From positions 27,883,673-27,947,672 of the forward strand of contig OZ037766.1 in NCBI GenBank assembly GCA_964035545.1: a stretch of DNA of 64,000 bases, written 5' to 3'. Under the pieces are notes generated by a model. It saw only the letters and a program-made list of their open reading frames with translations, searched no databases and was not told the origin of the DNA. A program made the position numbers and the translations under genes. This DNA is from Bugula neritina. Lineage: Eukaryota; Animalia; Bryozoa. This document shows, piece after piece, positions 42,765-57,900 of the stretch; positions within the stretch are counted from its first letter, which is position 1, and the number at the start of each line of letters is the position of its first letter.

Positions 42765-43375
42765 ACAGCAAAAATTTTCCAACATTGAAAATGTAACATC
42801 ATCTAATAATAATAATTTATGCTAACTACATATACTGCTAAATTTACTAATGCTAAAAAAATAATATATTATTAGGTTAATTATACTAATATTGTGACAG
42901 ATGAATAACTACAAAAGAAAATTTGAATTTAGTTCAAACTTCAAGTAAGTTGTGCTGAAACATTTGGATACAAAAAACTATAAATAATAATACAGACAAA
43001 TAACTGAAACTAATGTTATGTAAAATTTTTCATTGTAACCAGTAATTGAGCTTTTTGTTATAGGATATATCCTCTTTTCTTTTTGAATACAATTTTATGT
43101 ATCCTATGAAATAATAAAACAATGCAATTTTAAAATTCAAAACCTATTTAGTTACTGTCAAAAACTTGAAATAAGCAAAAGTAATTAGATTTATACTGAG
43201 CATTATTGTTGGTTTGGATAGTTAAGATCTTTATGCTTTCTTTTAAAAAAAATACCATAAAAGCTGATGAACATAAGCATACATTATATACTTAAATTGG
43301 TAGTGCATGCGAAGTAACTACCTGAACTTGGTTAAACTATAGTATCATCAAATTTTGTTTGCTATAAATAAAATT

Positions 43376-46300
43376 ATATGGTAAACTACTGAAATATACT
43401 TTAACACATTGAAAAATACTGCAACATACTGAAATATACTGTAACACACTGAAATATACTGCAACATAGTGACATACACTGTAAGATACTGAAATATACT
43501 GCAACATACTGAAATACACTGCTACATACTGAAATATACTGCAACATACTGCAACACACTGCAACATACTGAAATGCACTGCATCACACTGAAATACACT
43601 GCAAAATACTACAACATACTGAAATACACTGTAACATATTGAATTACACTGCAACACATTGAAATATACTGCAACATACCGAAATATATGGTAAACTACT
43701 GAAATATACTGCGACACATTGCAACATACTGTAACATACTGAAATATGCTGTAGCACACTGAAATGCACTGCAACACATTGAAATATACTGCAACATACC
43801 GAAATATATGGTAAACTACTGAAATATACTGCGACACATTGCAACATACTGTAACATACTGAAATATGCTGTAGCACACTGAAATGCACTGCACCACACT
43901 GAAATACACTGCAAAATACTACAACATACTGAAATACACTGTAACATATTGAATTACACTGCAACACATTGAAATATACTGCAACATACCGAAATATATG
44001 GTAAACTACTGAAATATACTGCGACACATTGCAACATACTCTAACATACTGAATTATGCTGTAGCACACTGAAATGCACTGCAACTCACTGAAATATACT
44101 GTAACATACTGAAACACACTGCAAAATACTAGAACATAGTGAAATACATTGCAACGCATTGAAATATACTGCAACATACCTAAATATACGGTAATATACT
44201 GAATTATACTCTAACACATTGAAAAAGACTGCAACATACTGAAATACGCCGCAAAGTACTACAATATACTGCAACACACTGAAATATGCTGTAGCACACT
44301 GAAATATACTGCAACACATTGAAATATACAGCAACATACTGAAATATACTGCGACACATTGCAATATACTGCGACATACTGAAATATGCTGTAGCATACT
44401 GAATTACACTGCAACATACTGAAATACCCCGCTACATACTGAATTAAACTGCAACATACTGAAATACAATGTAATATACTGAACTACACTGCAACACACT
44501 GCAACATACTGAAATAAGCTGTAACATATTGAAATACACTGCAACACATTGAAATATACTGCAACATAACAAAATAATTATATGGTAAACTACTGAAATA
44601 TACTTTAACACATTGAAAAATACTGCAACATACTGAAATATACTGTAACACACTGAAATATACTGCAACATAGTGACATACACTGTAAGATACTGAAATA
44701 TACTGCAACATACTGAAATACACTGCTACATACTGAAATATACTGCAACATACTGCAACACACTGCAACATACTGAAATGCACTGCATCACACTGAAATA
44801 CACTGCAAAATACTACAACATACTGAAATACACTGTAACATATTGAATTACACTGCAACACATTGAAATATACTGCAACATACCGAAATATATGGTAAAC
44901 TACTGAAATATACTGCGACACATTGCAACATACTGTAACATACTGAAATATGCTGTAGCACACTGAAATGCACTGCAACTCACTGAAATATACTGTAACA
45001 TACTGAAATACACCGCAAAATACTAGAACATAGTGAAATACACTGCAACACATTGAAATATACTGCAACATACCTAAATATACGGTAATATACTGAATTA
45101 TACTCTAACACATTGAAAAAGACTGCAACATACTGAAACATACTGCAAGAAACTGCAACATACTGAAATACGCCGCAAAATACTACAATATACTGCAACA
45201 CACTGAAATATGCTGTAGCACACTGAAATTTACTGCAACTCACTGAAATATACTGCAACATTTTGAAATACACTGCTACATACTGAAATATACTGCAACA
45301 CATTGAAATATACAGCAACATACTGAAATATACTGCGACACATTGCAATATACTGCGACATACTGAAATATGCTGTAGCATACTGAAATACACTGCAACA
45401 TACTGAAATACCCTGCTACATACTGAAATAAACTGCAACATACTGAAATACAATGTAATATACTGAACTACACTGCAACATACTGCAACATACTGAAATA
45501 CGCTGTAACATATTGAAATACACTGCAACACATTGAAACATACTGCAACATAACAAAATATATGGTAAACTACTGAAATATACTTTAACACATTGAAAAA
45601 TACTGCAACATACTGAAATATACTGTAACACACTGAAATATACTGCAACATACTGACATACACTGTAGGATATTGAAAAATACTGCAACATACCTAAATA
45701 CACTGTAACATATTGAAATACACTGCAACACATTGAAATATACTGCAACGTACCGAAATATACTGCAACATACTGCAACATACTGAAATACACTGAAACA
45801 TACAGAAATACACTGCAAAATACTACAACATATTGAAATACACCGCAAGACATTGAAATATACTGCAACATACCTAAATATACGGTAATATACTGAAATA
45901 TACTGTAACACATTGAAAAATACTGCAACATACTGAAATATACTGCAAGATCCTGCAACATACTGAAATACGCCGCAAAATACTACAACATACTGAAATA
46001 CACTGTAACATATTGAAATACACTGCAACACATTGAAATATACTGCAACGTACCGAAATGTATGGTAAACTACTGAAATATACTGTAACACGTTGAACAA
46101 TACTGCAACATACTGAAATACACTGCTACATACTGAAATATACTGCAACATACTTCAACACACTGCAACATACTGAAATGCACTGCACCACACTGAAATA
46201 CACTGCAAAATACTACAACATACTGAAATACACTGTAACATATTGAATTACACTGCAACACATTGAAATATACTGCAACATGCCGAAATATATGGTAAAC

Positions 46301-46940
46301 TACTGAAATATACTGCGACACATTGCAACATACTCTAACATACTGAATTATGCTGTAGCACACTGAAATGCACTGCAAATCACTGAAATATACTGTAACA
46401 TACTGAAACACACTGCAAAATACTAGAACATAGTGAAATACACTGCAACGCATTGAAATATACTGCAACATACCTAAATATACGGTAATATACTGAATTA
46501 TACTCTAACACATTGAAAAAGACTGCAACATACTGAAATATACTGCAAGAAACTGCAACATACTGAAATACGCCGCAAAGTACTACAATATACTGCAACA
46601 CACTGAAATATGCTGTAGCACACTGAAATTTACTGCAACTCACTGAAATACACTGCTACATACTGAAATATACTGCAACACATTGAAATATACAGCAACA
46701 TACTGAAATATACTGCAACACATTGCAATATACTGCGACATACTGAAATATGCTGTAGCATACTGAATTACACTGCAACATACTGAAATACCCTGCTACA
46801 TACTGAATTAAACTGCAACATACTGAAATACAATGTAATATACTGAACTACACTGCAACACACTGCAACATACTGAAATACGCTGTAACATATTGAAATA
46901 CACTGCAACACATTGAAATATACTGCAACATAACAAAATA
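43376..46940. repeat. 10-bp minisatellite (TACTGAAATA / TACTGCAACA variants) with higher-order blocks
   Basis: About 355 units in strict 10-nt register; long variant strings recur (e.g. ~43376-43770 again at ~44580-44975). Confidence 0.97.
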
Positions 46941-47192
46941 TGTGACCCAGGCAGTCAGAAAAGCACTTTGTGACAAAATTCACATTTTTAGTTAATGCTT
47001 GATTCTTATTTGCCTCTTTATACTGATTGATTTGCAGTTTAAATTTTTGAAATCGGACTACTATTATAATAGTGGTCCGATTTCAAAAATTTAAAGTGCA
47101 AATCAATCAGTATAAAGAGGCAAATAAGAATCAAGCATTAACTAAAAATGTGAATTTTGTCACAAAGTGCTTTTCTGACTGCCTGGGTCACA
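46941..47192. mobile_element. 252-bp spacerless palindrome; candidate foldback MITE with TGT...ACA ends and 4-bp TSD
   Basis: 126-bp arms with 2 mismatched pairs, centre CTATTA|TAATAG (47066/47067). AATA lies directly on both sides (46937-46940, 47193-47196). The palindrome is certain; the MITE interpretation is inferred. Confidence 0.7.
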
Positions 47193-47989
47193 AATACTTA
47201 AATTAGCAGCTTTTTACATAAATGTCTTTTAATAAAAATGTATCTATTTAGGATCCTATAACATCAACAATGACATTTCTCAAAATATCTAAAATTTGAA
47301 ATGTTTAAATTGAAACTAAAGAATTTGCATTAATTATTTACAATTGCGCTAAAAAGAGGACATTTGAAATTAAAAGAAAAGAATGAAAAAGTGATTTTTA
47401 CTAAACTTAGATAATTTTCGTTACTGTTCTTTAATATTATAGTTTTGTAAGCAAATGCTTCAATGTTTTGTTGACCTTGAGAAATTTCATTTAAAATAAT
47501 TGAATGCATGCAAAAAAAGTTGATGACAAAAATTAAACTGACAGACTATTATTTGTCATATTTCAAAGTTTAAACAAAAATCGGTTTTGTGCAAAGAAAT
47601 AATAAATTGAAGATTTTCAGTCATGTGTCTAATTCAGTTTTATTACCATAAAAGCCAACTTTGTAAAAAAAAGTTGAAAATGATTAGCTTTTAATACGTT
47701 TAGATTATTTTCTACAGAAGAGAGTAAAATATTTTATAGCTTTGCTGTGTACAATTTTAAAAAAAGTGGCTTAAAGCATAAAAATTGATGTTGGCAGTTT
47801 CCATTGTTTACTAATTTAGCAAACATGGTGTTCCTATGGAATATTATATTTAGGCAGAGTGGCACATAGTATAAAATTGATTGAATTTGAATTTATCAAG
47901 ATACAATTTTGTGACCAATTCAAAAAACTCTCTTAAGTAGCATGAAACTAAAACATTTTTTAAATGCAGATTTATTTTAGATTTACTAC

Positions 47990-50900
47990 TCCGACTGCAG
48001 AAAGGCACGATTCCGTGCTTCAGTCCACAAAACCTGTTTTTGGGATTTTCTTCTTTATCTATAATTATCCGAGCGTTAACATAAATTTAGTCTTGAGATT
48101 TATCATGAAGACAACATCCATTGACTTCATAGCCTTTTAGACTTACAAGACAAATTGTTACCAAGTAAAAACACAAAATTACTTCTTTTAGCAGAATTGT
48201 TCACTTTGTGAAACTATTTGCCCTAATCTGTAAGATCAGGTTTGTGATTTGTTTTATGAAATCATTATAGAATTTCCTTCTTGGGGTCACATCTTCATTA
48301 CCCCAAAAAGTGTTATAAAAGTTTAGATTTAAGTTTCAATGAGGTATGCCATATCCTTTTTGAAGCTTAACCCATAAATCTTTATTAAAAATTTTTTTTG
48401 GCCGACAAGTTTTCATCAGCCTTTAGATATTAGAAGCTTACAACTTTTTCTGCTCTTAATAATATAAGATCTCAAGCTAAAGCAAAAAAACTGAAATAAT
48501 TAAAACTCTTTATATGCGGTACTTAAGATTAAATCTATGTATGTATGTTTGAAATTCTATTATACCTTTACTTTTGTATAAAATGATTTCTATGAATACA
48601 AAAGCCTTGGCAGAACTTAGCAAAGCTTATAGTTTTTTTGATTTGGTGGATAAAATTTAAGACAGAAATTTATCAAAGGGATAAGAATATGTGACCTATT
48701 CTATAAAATATTGAATAGAACTTCCTTCTTGGCAGCTCATGACACTTTATTATCAGCTTTTCAGAATTAAATTCTAACTTGATGACTTGCATAAGAAACC
48801 TGAGTAATTGAGCAAGGAACCTAAGCTGGGTGAAAACAATGTGCTAAGTTTAATAACATTAGCAAAAGTTTGAAGTTATCAAAATTGTAATTATTAATTG
48901 TATATTTAGATTAATGCTTTAACTTAAGCTATTATTATAATTTATTAAAAGCATCAATTGTCAATTGTTTCTTGTTGGCATTATTTGCGGAGAAATAATA
49001 TATCATGGGCTGTGAAATGTTAGTTTCTCATTATTTGAGTTGATCCTAAAAAAGTAAAATCGCCTGAGCATTGAAATAAAAAATATTAGCCTAATCAACA
49101 TTAAATAGATGAATGGATAATTTGGGTTAGCTCCGTTTAAATGTAATTTTTTGCAGCACATCAATAGTACTTAGTCTTTTAATTATTTTTCATAATCCGC
49201 AGTTTCAGATGTTTTGTGTTGCAAATTTTCTTTACAAGTGTTTATCAACCCTTACAGAATATAAGCTTGAAACATTTTTGTGCTCTTAATATCATAGAAC
49301 TCAGACTACATCCAGCAAGAAGGAACTAAAAGTAACTAAAATCTTCTTCCTAAGATTAGATCGATGTATGCATGTTTAAAATTCTATAACTTTTACTTTG
49401 TATGACATGATTTCTATGAATACAAATATTTTTGACAAAACTTCGCAAAGTTTGAAATGATTTGATTTGGTGGATAAGATGTAGGACTGAGATTTATCAA
49501 AAAGATAAGATTGTGAATTTATTCTATAAAAATATCAAATAGAACTTTCTTTCTTAGCTCATAACACTTTTGTGATTAGTCTCTAATGAATATAAGCTTT
49601 CAAATGCATTTCTATTTTTATTCAATAAGAACTCAGACTACAACAAGAAGGAACCAAAATAACTAAAATGCCTTATATGGTGCTTAGGATTAAATCTACA
49701 TACTCATGTTTAAAATTTTATATCCTTTATACTTTGTATGAAATGATTTCTATGAATCGAAAAGTTTTGGTAGAAGAAAACCTAGCTTTGTTTGAAACCA
49801 TTCGACATGACGAATAAAGTTTAGAACTGAGATTTATCAACACAATAAGATTGTGTGATTTATTCTATAAAATATTTAACACAATTTCCTTCTTGGCACA
49901 TGACACTTTTTTATTAGCTTAAATTATAAATGTATATAATGGAATCTGACTGCAAAGAGGAGGTCAAAAACTAAGTTTTTATAACACCTTAGCAACATTC
50001 TTTCAAAGGGTGCACTGAGAATTTAGCTGAAGCATTCTTCTTACTTAAATCAGAAGCTAGACTAGATAATTCCTATTATATATACAAATTCTCAGCATTG
50101 AGATTGCTTCTAAAAGATAGGATTGTGATTTTCATGTGAAGAAAGTCAACTGCTTTAACTTCCTTCTTGGCTGAGTGTTTGCTAAAGATTTTGCATGTTT
50201 GAAAAAATTGAGTATCAACAAAACTTTTAAGCAATATTTCAGTAGCCTATATACCTGCACTTTAACATAGAGCTTACTGCAAACATAACTTTTAAATGCA
50301 AATCATCATTTTGAACTGCATTACACTGTAGATCAAAATATCTTTGTAGTATATGTAATTGGGAGTGTTCTTCAAATAGCATTCCTTCCTAAGATGACGA
50401 TAAAGAAATATTATACTTTGAGCTGGCTAAACTATATGTTCAGTTTTTGTTCTTTTTTACCAAGCGACTAAAATAAAATGGCAACCCTAAAAATCATGTA
50501 CGCGAAGCTGGAACAAGTTATAAAGTTGTTAGTATATAGAAAACATTATAGTGTTTGCATCACTGCTGAAAAGTTTGAAATTATCAGAATTGTAATTAAA
50601 AACTATATATAACATAAATCTTTTTAGTAGCAATGTAGGACGTCTGTACAAAAAAAACGAAATGACAAGTTTTAATTGTCATATTGTATAGTTGAAGCCA
50701 AAATCAGTTTGTACAAAGATTTAACAACCTAAAGCATTATAAGCATGCATATACAGTTACTTAGTTTATTACTATAAAAGCCACCTTTATATAAAAAAGA
50801 GGAAGTTGATTAGAACTTTCTTTTTTGGCTAACAAGTTTTTATCAGCCCTTATAGAATATAAGCTAGCTTGCAACCTGTTTCCCTGCTTGTAATATTATA

Positions 50901-53050
50901 GGCACTCACACGTTACAACCAAAAGAAACAAAAGTAACTAAACATTATAAATTGGTGTTTAAGGTTAGATCTACATATATATGCATGTTTGAAATTCCAC
51001 ATTATTCACTTTGTAGGACATGATTTCTATAAAAACAAGAATATTGGTAAAATCTAACATGATTTACAACTATTTGAATTAGTGGATTCAATGTAGAACT
51101 GAGCTTCATCTATAAGATAATATTGTTTGATTTATTCTATTAAATATTTGTTAGAACTTCCTTTTTGGCTCATGACACATAATTATTAGCTTTTACTGAA
51201 TATAATAAGTTTTTATGATGCATTTCTTTTTTTTATTCCATATATAAGAACTCATGTTAAACCAAGAAGGAACCAAAACAACTAAAACTCTTTATATGGT
51301 GCTTAGGATTAGATCTACACATATATGCATGTTTGAACTCTTATATATCCTTTATTATACTTTGTATGACATGATTTCTATGAATACAAATGTCTTGGCA
51401 GAACCTCAAAAGGTTTGAAACTATTTGACTTGGTGGATAAAATGTAGGACTGATATTTATCAACGAGATAAGATTATGTGTTTTATTATATAAAATATTT
51501 ATATAATAGAACTTCCTTCTTGGCTTATGACACAATATTATCAGCCCATCACTGGTGTTAGTTTAATAATGTGGGCTTGAAAGATGTATTTCTGTTTTTA
51601 TTGCTTATATAAGAACTCAGGTTAAATCAAGAAGGAACTAAAGTAACTAAGATTCTCTATATGGTACTTAAGATTAGATCTATATGTATGTATGTTTGAA
51701 ATTCTATATCTTTTATACTTTGTATGAAATGATTTCCATAAATACAAAAGTTTTGGTAGAACCTAGCAAGGTTTGAAACCATTTGACTTGGTGGATAAAA
51801 TGTAAGACTGAGATTTATCAACAAGATAATATTGTGTGTTTTATTCTATAAAATATATAACAGAACTTCCTTCTTCACAGGATAGTTAAGGGCATCCTCA
51901 CTAAGAATATCATAAATTTCTCTCAAAATGTAGTTTAGGTTTTTGAATAATATTGCTCTGTGGGTGGCATGCGTGCTGCCTACTTGCAATTGTTTAGCCT
52001 AAGATCAAACTACAACCAATAAGCAGCAACCTCCATTAGGGCTGCGTTATTTATCAACATTCCATTATGGGTGCTACATAAACAAAGTACAAAGCGAGGT
52101 ATTCATTATAGCCTGCCAGCTAGCAAGCCTGTAATTAGTATGTACGTGCCAATATCTTCTCATCCCTACGTGCTCATTGAAGCGTGAAGTGCTGAGCGCT
52201 GCTAATTACCCATGAAAAAACATGGCATTTTCAGTGTGTAAATCACCAATTTATGGGAAATCTAGGAGAGTTATTGGAAAAAGAAAAAAATTTGCCCTGG
52301 AGAAATATCTCAGGATTCCAGCAGTGCAATTTTTATTCAGATATCATGCTTTGCTGCTGGGATATTTTACTGGTACTGAAAAGTCAGCTTTTCAGGCAAA
52401 ATTGGCCAAAATTGAGCAGTTTTTTTGTCTATAACTTTGCAAAAAAAATGAAAATTGAAATTTCCAAAAAATTTGCACAGGGGAAAAAGAAGATCTACAA
52501 TATAGTTTTTAAATTTTGACTCTAGCACAATTAGGTGAGATTTTATTTTACTGGTACTAAATTCTTATATGATTACAATGCAAACCTCAGCAAGGCAGTT
52601 GCAGCTAAAAGGTTGCCCTTAACTATCCTGTGTTGGCGCATAGCAATTTTTTATCAGCCTAAATTATATATAAGTGATATAATAAACTCGGACCACAAAG
52701 AGGTCAAAAACTAAGTTCTTATAACTTTTTAGCAACATTTTTTTTAAAGGATGCAGCTAGAATTTAACTAAAGCATTCTTCTTGTTTACATCAGAAGCTT
52801 GATTAGCTAATTGATATTATATATATGAGTTCTCAGCATTGAGATTGTTTCTAAAAGATAAGATTGAAAGTTTACTTGAAAGAAAGTCAATTACTCTAAC
52901 TTCCTTCTGGACTGAGTAATTGCTAAAGTTTTGCACGTTTAAAAAAAATTGACTACCAACAATAAGTTAGCTAATATTTCAGTATGCAGTTCAACATAGA
53001 GCTTACTGTAAATGTATTTTTATTGATAATCATCATTATTTTTTGAACTG
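47990..53050 (-). repeat. ~350-bp repeat family, array C, inverted relative to arrays A and B
   Basis: The reverse-complement marker GAACTTCCTTCTTGGC and variants occur at ~48270, 48720, 49545, 49885, 50815, 51155, 51510 and 51865. A block at ~49900-50350 recurs at ~52650-53050. Confidence 0.85.
51876..52632. mobile_element. 757-bp MITE, CMC/EnSpm-like
   Basis: Perfect 19-bp TIR CACAGGATAGTTAAGGGCA. It splits the repeat motif CTTCCTTCTT|GGC and duplicates TT (2-bp TSD). CAC...GTG termini with a 2-bp TSD fit animal EnSpm/CACTA-type elements. Confidence 0.85.
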
Positions 53051-54232
53051 CAACAGACCTACCACCATTGTTTGTATTGTACATTTTGTAGAGAGGATAA
53101 AGTGATATATACTCTGAGCTGAGCTGACAACCTTTTCTCTTGACTTCATCCAGTAAATAAATTCAAAAACAATGACAAAAATTACTATTTTAAAAATATT
53201 CAACCAAAGCTACAACCCCTGTAGCATATTTTAATAATAATATAAAATTGTTATTGTAGAATTCACTATATTGAATATTTTCCTTATACCTAAAAATTTG
53301 AAGTTATCAAAATTTTAATTAGTGACAATGTATTAGAGCTGCTATAATAAAAACTATATTGTTATTCTTTATAAACAAGGTTATTTAAAGCTAGCTTGTT
53401 GAATGCAAGTTCCAGATTTTTAGCTACCAAAATTTATTTCTGGTTTTAATATTACTATGGACCAGTTAGAGAAAAAAAAATTGAAACTTACATTTTATCT
53501 GTTGTGCAAGAGAAATGTTATAGTTTTGTTTACAAAATTATATAGCTAATAATTTGTATGGTTCCAATGAGGTTACATCAAGGAAGGCCGACCAGCTTTG
53601 ACAGATATTTTTTTCTAAATTTACTTTTATTCAAGTAGTGCTTGATTTATAATTTTTTTCTTGGAAACATACATAGTTTGGATGAGTTCTAATCAAATGT
53701 AAGCTAATAAAATGGCATTACAATTATGAAGTTGTTTAAGTTTCGTTTTATCAAGCAGTCATTCTAAAATTAGAGTAACTATATTATAGCAGTGTCATAC
53801 AATTTTTCTTGCTTGATAAAGGATCAGACCTTAAAGAATATAAGCCCAATGATATCACTCTATTAGTTCTACTGACATCCGTTTATAATAGCTAGTGCAA
53901 ACCATTTCTTTGTTAGTTGAGATACTCATCTCACAAAATTTTAATCATTATACAATTTAAGATTATAGCTGTAACTTTCTTTTTACTAAGAAGCATCATA
54001 GCGTAACATTTTTTCTGCTATTACTAAAACACCTTATAATTTGCTCTAATTAATTTTCAAGTCGAAATAATAAGGTTTTGCTTGTCAATTCAACTTTATA
54101 AGTATTTAAAAAAATTTTTGACCCATGACTCAAACCCCTTCAACCAATTACTTTTAAAAAAAATTAACACCTGCAAATGGCTTGCAAATTACTTTTTTTT
54201 AGTATTTGGTTGTCTATAGATAAAGAAAGTTA

Positions 54233-54324
<92 letters not shown>

Positions 54325-54836
54325 CACAAATTCTGAGTGTACATATATCTATAGACCTACCAGGTTTTTCCTAATGATTATACAGGAATGTTCATAAATA
54401 TTCTAGATTGATCAAAGAGATGGGTCATTGTTCATTGTTATTTTCATTAGTCATGTTAACTACTGTCCAGCAATGTAAACAAGGTATTGCGCAATAATTG
54501 CGAAATAACCATGGAAATTCCAATGTTTTGTTTTGTTTTTCTATAAATAGTATTGGCATGTGGGGAATGTTTTCTACTAGAATCTTCTGTACTGGAATGC
54601 TTGAGAATATTCTAGAGCTTTTTGTTTACTATAAATACTGAGGCAGTTGTGTTTACAGTTCAGTTCATTCTCGGAGTTCATTTTTATAAATTCATCTGTG
54701 CATATCTTACTGAAGAAATAAAGTCTACTCTATTTACTCTCAACTGGATTAGCAAGCTGTATGCTACTTGTCTCTATACTTCTGACTACCAGACTTTTCG
54801 AACTCGTCACACTGCTACCTACAGTTTTGTGACAAT

Positions 54837-54853
54837 TGGGGGCTGCTCCGGGA
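54837..54853 (+). promoter_or_regulatory. Primer-binding site, tRNA-Pro-like
   Basis: TGGGGGCTGCTCCGGGA starts 2 nt after the 5' LTR and differs from the canonical Pro PBS TGGGGGCTCGTCCGGGA by a CG/GC swap. Confidence 0.75.
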
Positions 54854-54930
54854 AGTCTCAGTCGCACACAGGGAAGTTATTAGTTACAACGTGAGTATAC
54901 ACAGGATTAATTAACAGTTGTTGAGACATT

Positions 54931-57900
54931 ATGGCGTTGTTGGAGAGAGTGACACAGATGGGTAAAGACCTTGGGTTGGTGGAGGACAAGCTCATAGCTT
55001 TTGTTGAAAAGAACCTACCCATTGTTGCTGCACAAGAAGAAAAAGAAAAGGACCGAGAGGAACGTAGATTAGAGCGTGAGGCAGAAAAGATCAGGCAAGA
55101 GAATGAGAAAGCCTTAATGGAGATCAAGATAAAAGCTGATCAGGAGGCAATGGCATTCAAGGTTAAAGCTGATCAGGAGGCAATGGCACTCAAGGTTAAA
55201 GCTGACCAGGAGGCAGAAGAGAGAAGACAACGACATGAATTAGATATGGAAAAGCTGAAAGCTGACACAAGTTTGGAGCACTCAAGACATGAGAGCACCA
55301 GGTTAGAAATAGCTAACAAACCAAAACCAAAAATACCATTCTTTGATGAGAAGGTGGACGAAATGGATAGCTATTTAGAGCGGTTCGAGTGGGTTGCCGA
55401 AGGATGTAACTGGGACAAGGGAGATTGGCCCTACCATCTCAGTCAGTACCTAAGGGGTACAGCAACAGAAGCTTACATCCGGTTATCACCTACCGACCGT
55501 AGAGATTATAAAAAAGTCAAAGAAGCCTTGTTGGAGCGCTTTAACTTGACTCAAGAGGGCTACAGAAAAAAGCTCAGAGAGGCAGAAGCTTACGAAGATG
55601 AAACTCCTGCCCAACTATTCACTAGGATAGAAACTTATGTGCACAAGTGGGTAGAACTTTCAGGGGGCATGGACATAGCCAAACTAGTGGCGACTGAACA
55701 ATTTATATCATCATGCCCAGACGACCTAGCTGTGCATTTAAAGCAAAGTTCTTACAACAGCAGTGAGGATATGTGTGATGCAGCGTCACTGTTTTTGCAC
55801 GCCCGTGGAAGAAAACTAGCAAAGACTAAGAAAACTAATATAAAAAGGATGGAAAACACACCCACCGGTAGCATGAATGCTGAACAAGGAAGTAAAAGCG
55901 ATGGGGCATGCTTCATCTGCAAAGATAAGTCACACATTGCTCGTAACTGCCCACGGCGAGGGAAGAAGTACTGTTCACATTGCAAGATGAACAACCACAA
56001 TACTTCAGACTGCAGAAAGTATGGTGGAAGGTCAGTGCATGCTGCTGCTGCAATAGCGACTACTCCGAATAAGACTGTGGTCACAGATCCAGGAATCTCA
56101 TCTAAAGTGGAAGAACCTACGGAAATCACAGTTAATGGTAAAAAGTTTGTCAACGCTGCTGTCTGCAAGAATGGACCTAAATTCAAAGATGGGGGCACAG
56201 CGATATTTGATGCGGAAGTCAATGGCCAACGAGCTACTGTAATGCGCGACACCGGCTGTGGTTGCATTGTAGTCAATGCAAAGTATGTGCAACCTCAACA
56301 TTTAACTGGAGAATCAGTTTATCTGAATATGGCTGATGCAAGTGTTAGAGAGGCTCAATGGGCACTTATCTCAGTACGCTCACCATTTTACAATGGTGTC
56401 GTCAAAGCTGCAGTAATGGACAAGACGATTTGTGACCTGCTTATTGGGAATGTGGATGGAGCGAGATCAGCTGACCAGCCCCTGGAAAACTGGAAGGACT
56501 GCGCCGTAACCACAAGAGCTCAAGCTGTCAAGGAGAAGTCAGGAGACAAACCACTGATGATTGATTCAAATGCTAACCCATTAAGTATAGGGAAAGATGA
56601 AATAGCCAGACTGCAGAGGGATGACCCCACATTGGAGCGTTTCTTCGATGCAAAGGAAGTGAAGGAGAAAAAGGGATGCACCACTAGGTTTGTGGTGAGG
56701 AATAAGATTCTGTACCGTGAGTACACCGACTCGAAGTCTGTCAGTGTAAAACCTGTTAAACAACTCATGGTACCCAGTTCTCTGAGGAAGGAAGTTCTAC
56801 AGAAAGCTCATGACTGCATAATGAGCGGACACCTAGGAGTAAAGAAAACCACTGATAGAGTACTTTCCAACTTCTTCTGGCCAGGACTAAACGGAGATGT
56901 CGTACGTTTCTGTCAATCATGTGACATTTGCCAGAAGACGGTGAAAAAAGGCTCAGTCATGAAAGTTCCAGTACAGGAAACTCCACTAATTGACACCCCA
57001 TTCAAGAGATGTGCAATAGACCTAATCGGACCAATTAACCCTCCAAGTGAGAAAGGACACCGCTACATCCTAACTTTAGTTGACTATGCTACAAGATATC
57101 CTGAAGCTACACCATTAAAGAACATTGACTCAGCTACTGTAGCTGAAGCGCTGCTTGACATATACAGTCGTGTTGGGATACCAGAGGAGGTGATAAGCGA
57201 TCAAGGAACTCAATTTATCTCGGACTACATGAAAGAGTTTACCAGATTACTTGACATGCGACAACTTCCTACCTCACCATACCATGCAATGGCCAATGGA
57301 CTTGTGGAAAAGTTCAACGGAACCCTCAAGAGTATGTTAAAAAAGTTGTGTGCTAAAGAGCCAAGACAGTGGCATCGGTTCATCAATGCGGCTCTATTTG
57401 CATATAGAGAAGTCCCACAGGAATCAACAGGCTTCGCCCCATTCGAGTTACTCTATGGAAGAACTGTGCGTGGACCAATGTACATCCTGCGACAACTTTG
57501 GACAAAAGAAGACACTGCCGATGAAGTCAAGACCTGCTATCAACATGTTTTTGAATTGAGAGAGCGTTTAGATGACATGATGGAAATGGCACTAGCTTCG
57601 CTAAAAGACAGTCAAAAAAGATACAAACACTATTTTGACAAGAAAGCTAAGCAGAGAGACTTCAAATCTGGTGACAAAGTGCTCATTCTTCTACCTACGG
57701 ATGGAAATAAATTGCTGATGCATTGGCAAGGACCATTCAATATTGAGGAGAAAGTCAGACTGAATGACTACATTATCAACATTAGAGGCAAGAGGAGAAC
57801 ATACCATGCCAACATGCTGAAGAAATATTTTGAGCGGGAGACGCCTACCGACTCTATGACTGGAGCTGTGAGGACTCTAGATGCTGCTGGTGCTGGAATT

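Noticed and set aside
43337-46983. Many 70-230 aa ORFs (MLQYISVCCSIFQYVAV...)
   Set aside because: Frame-cycling translations of the 10-bp minisatellite.
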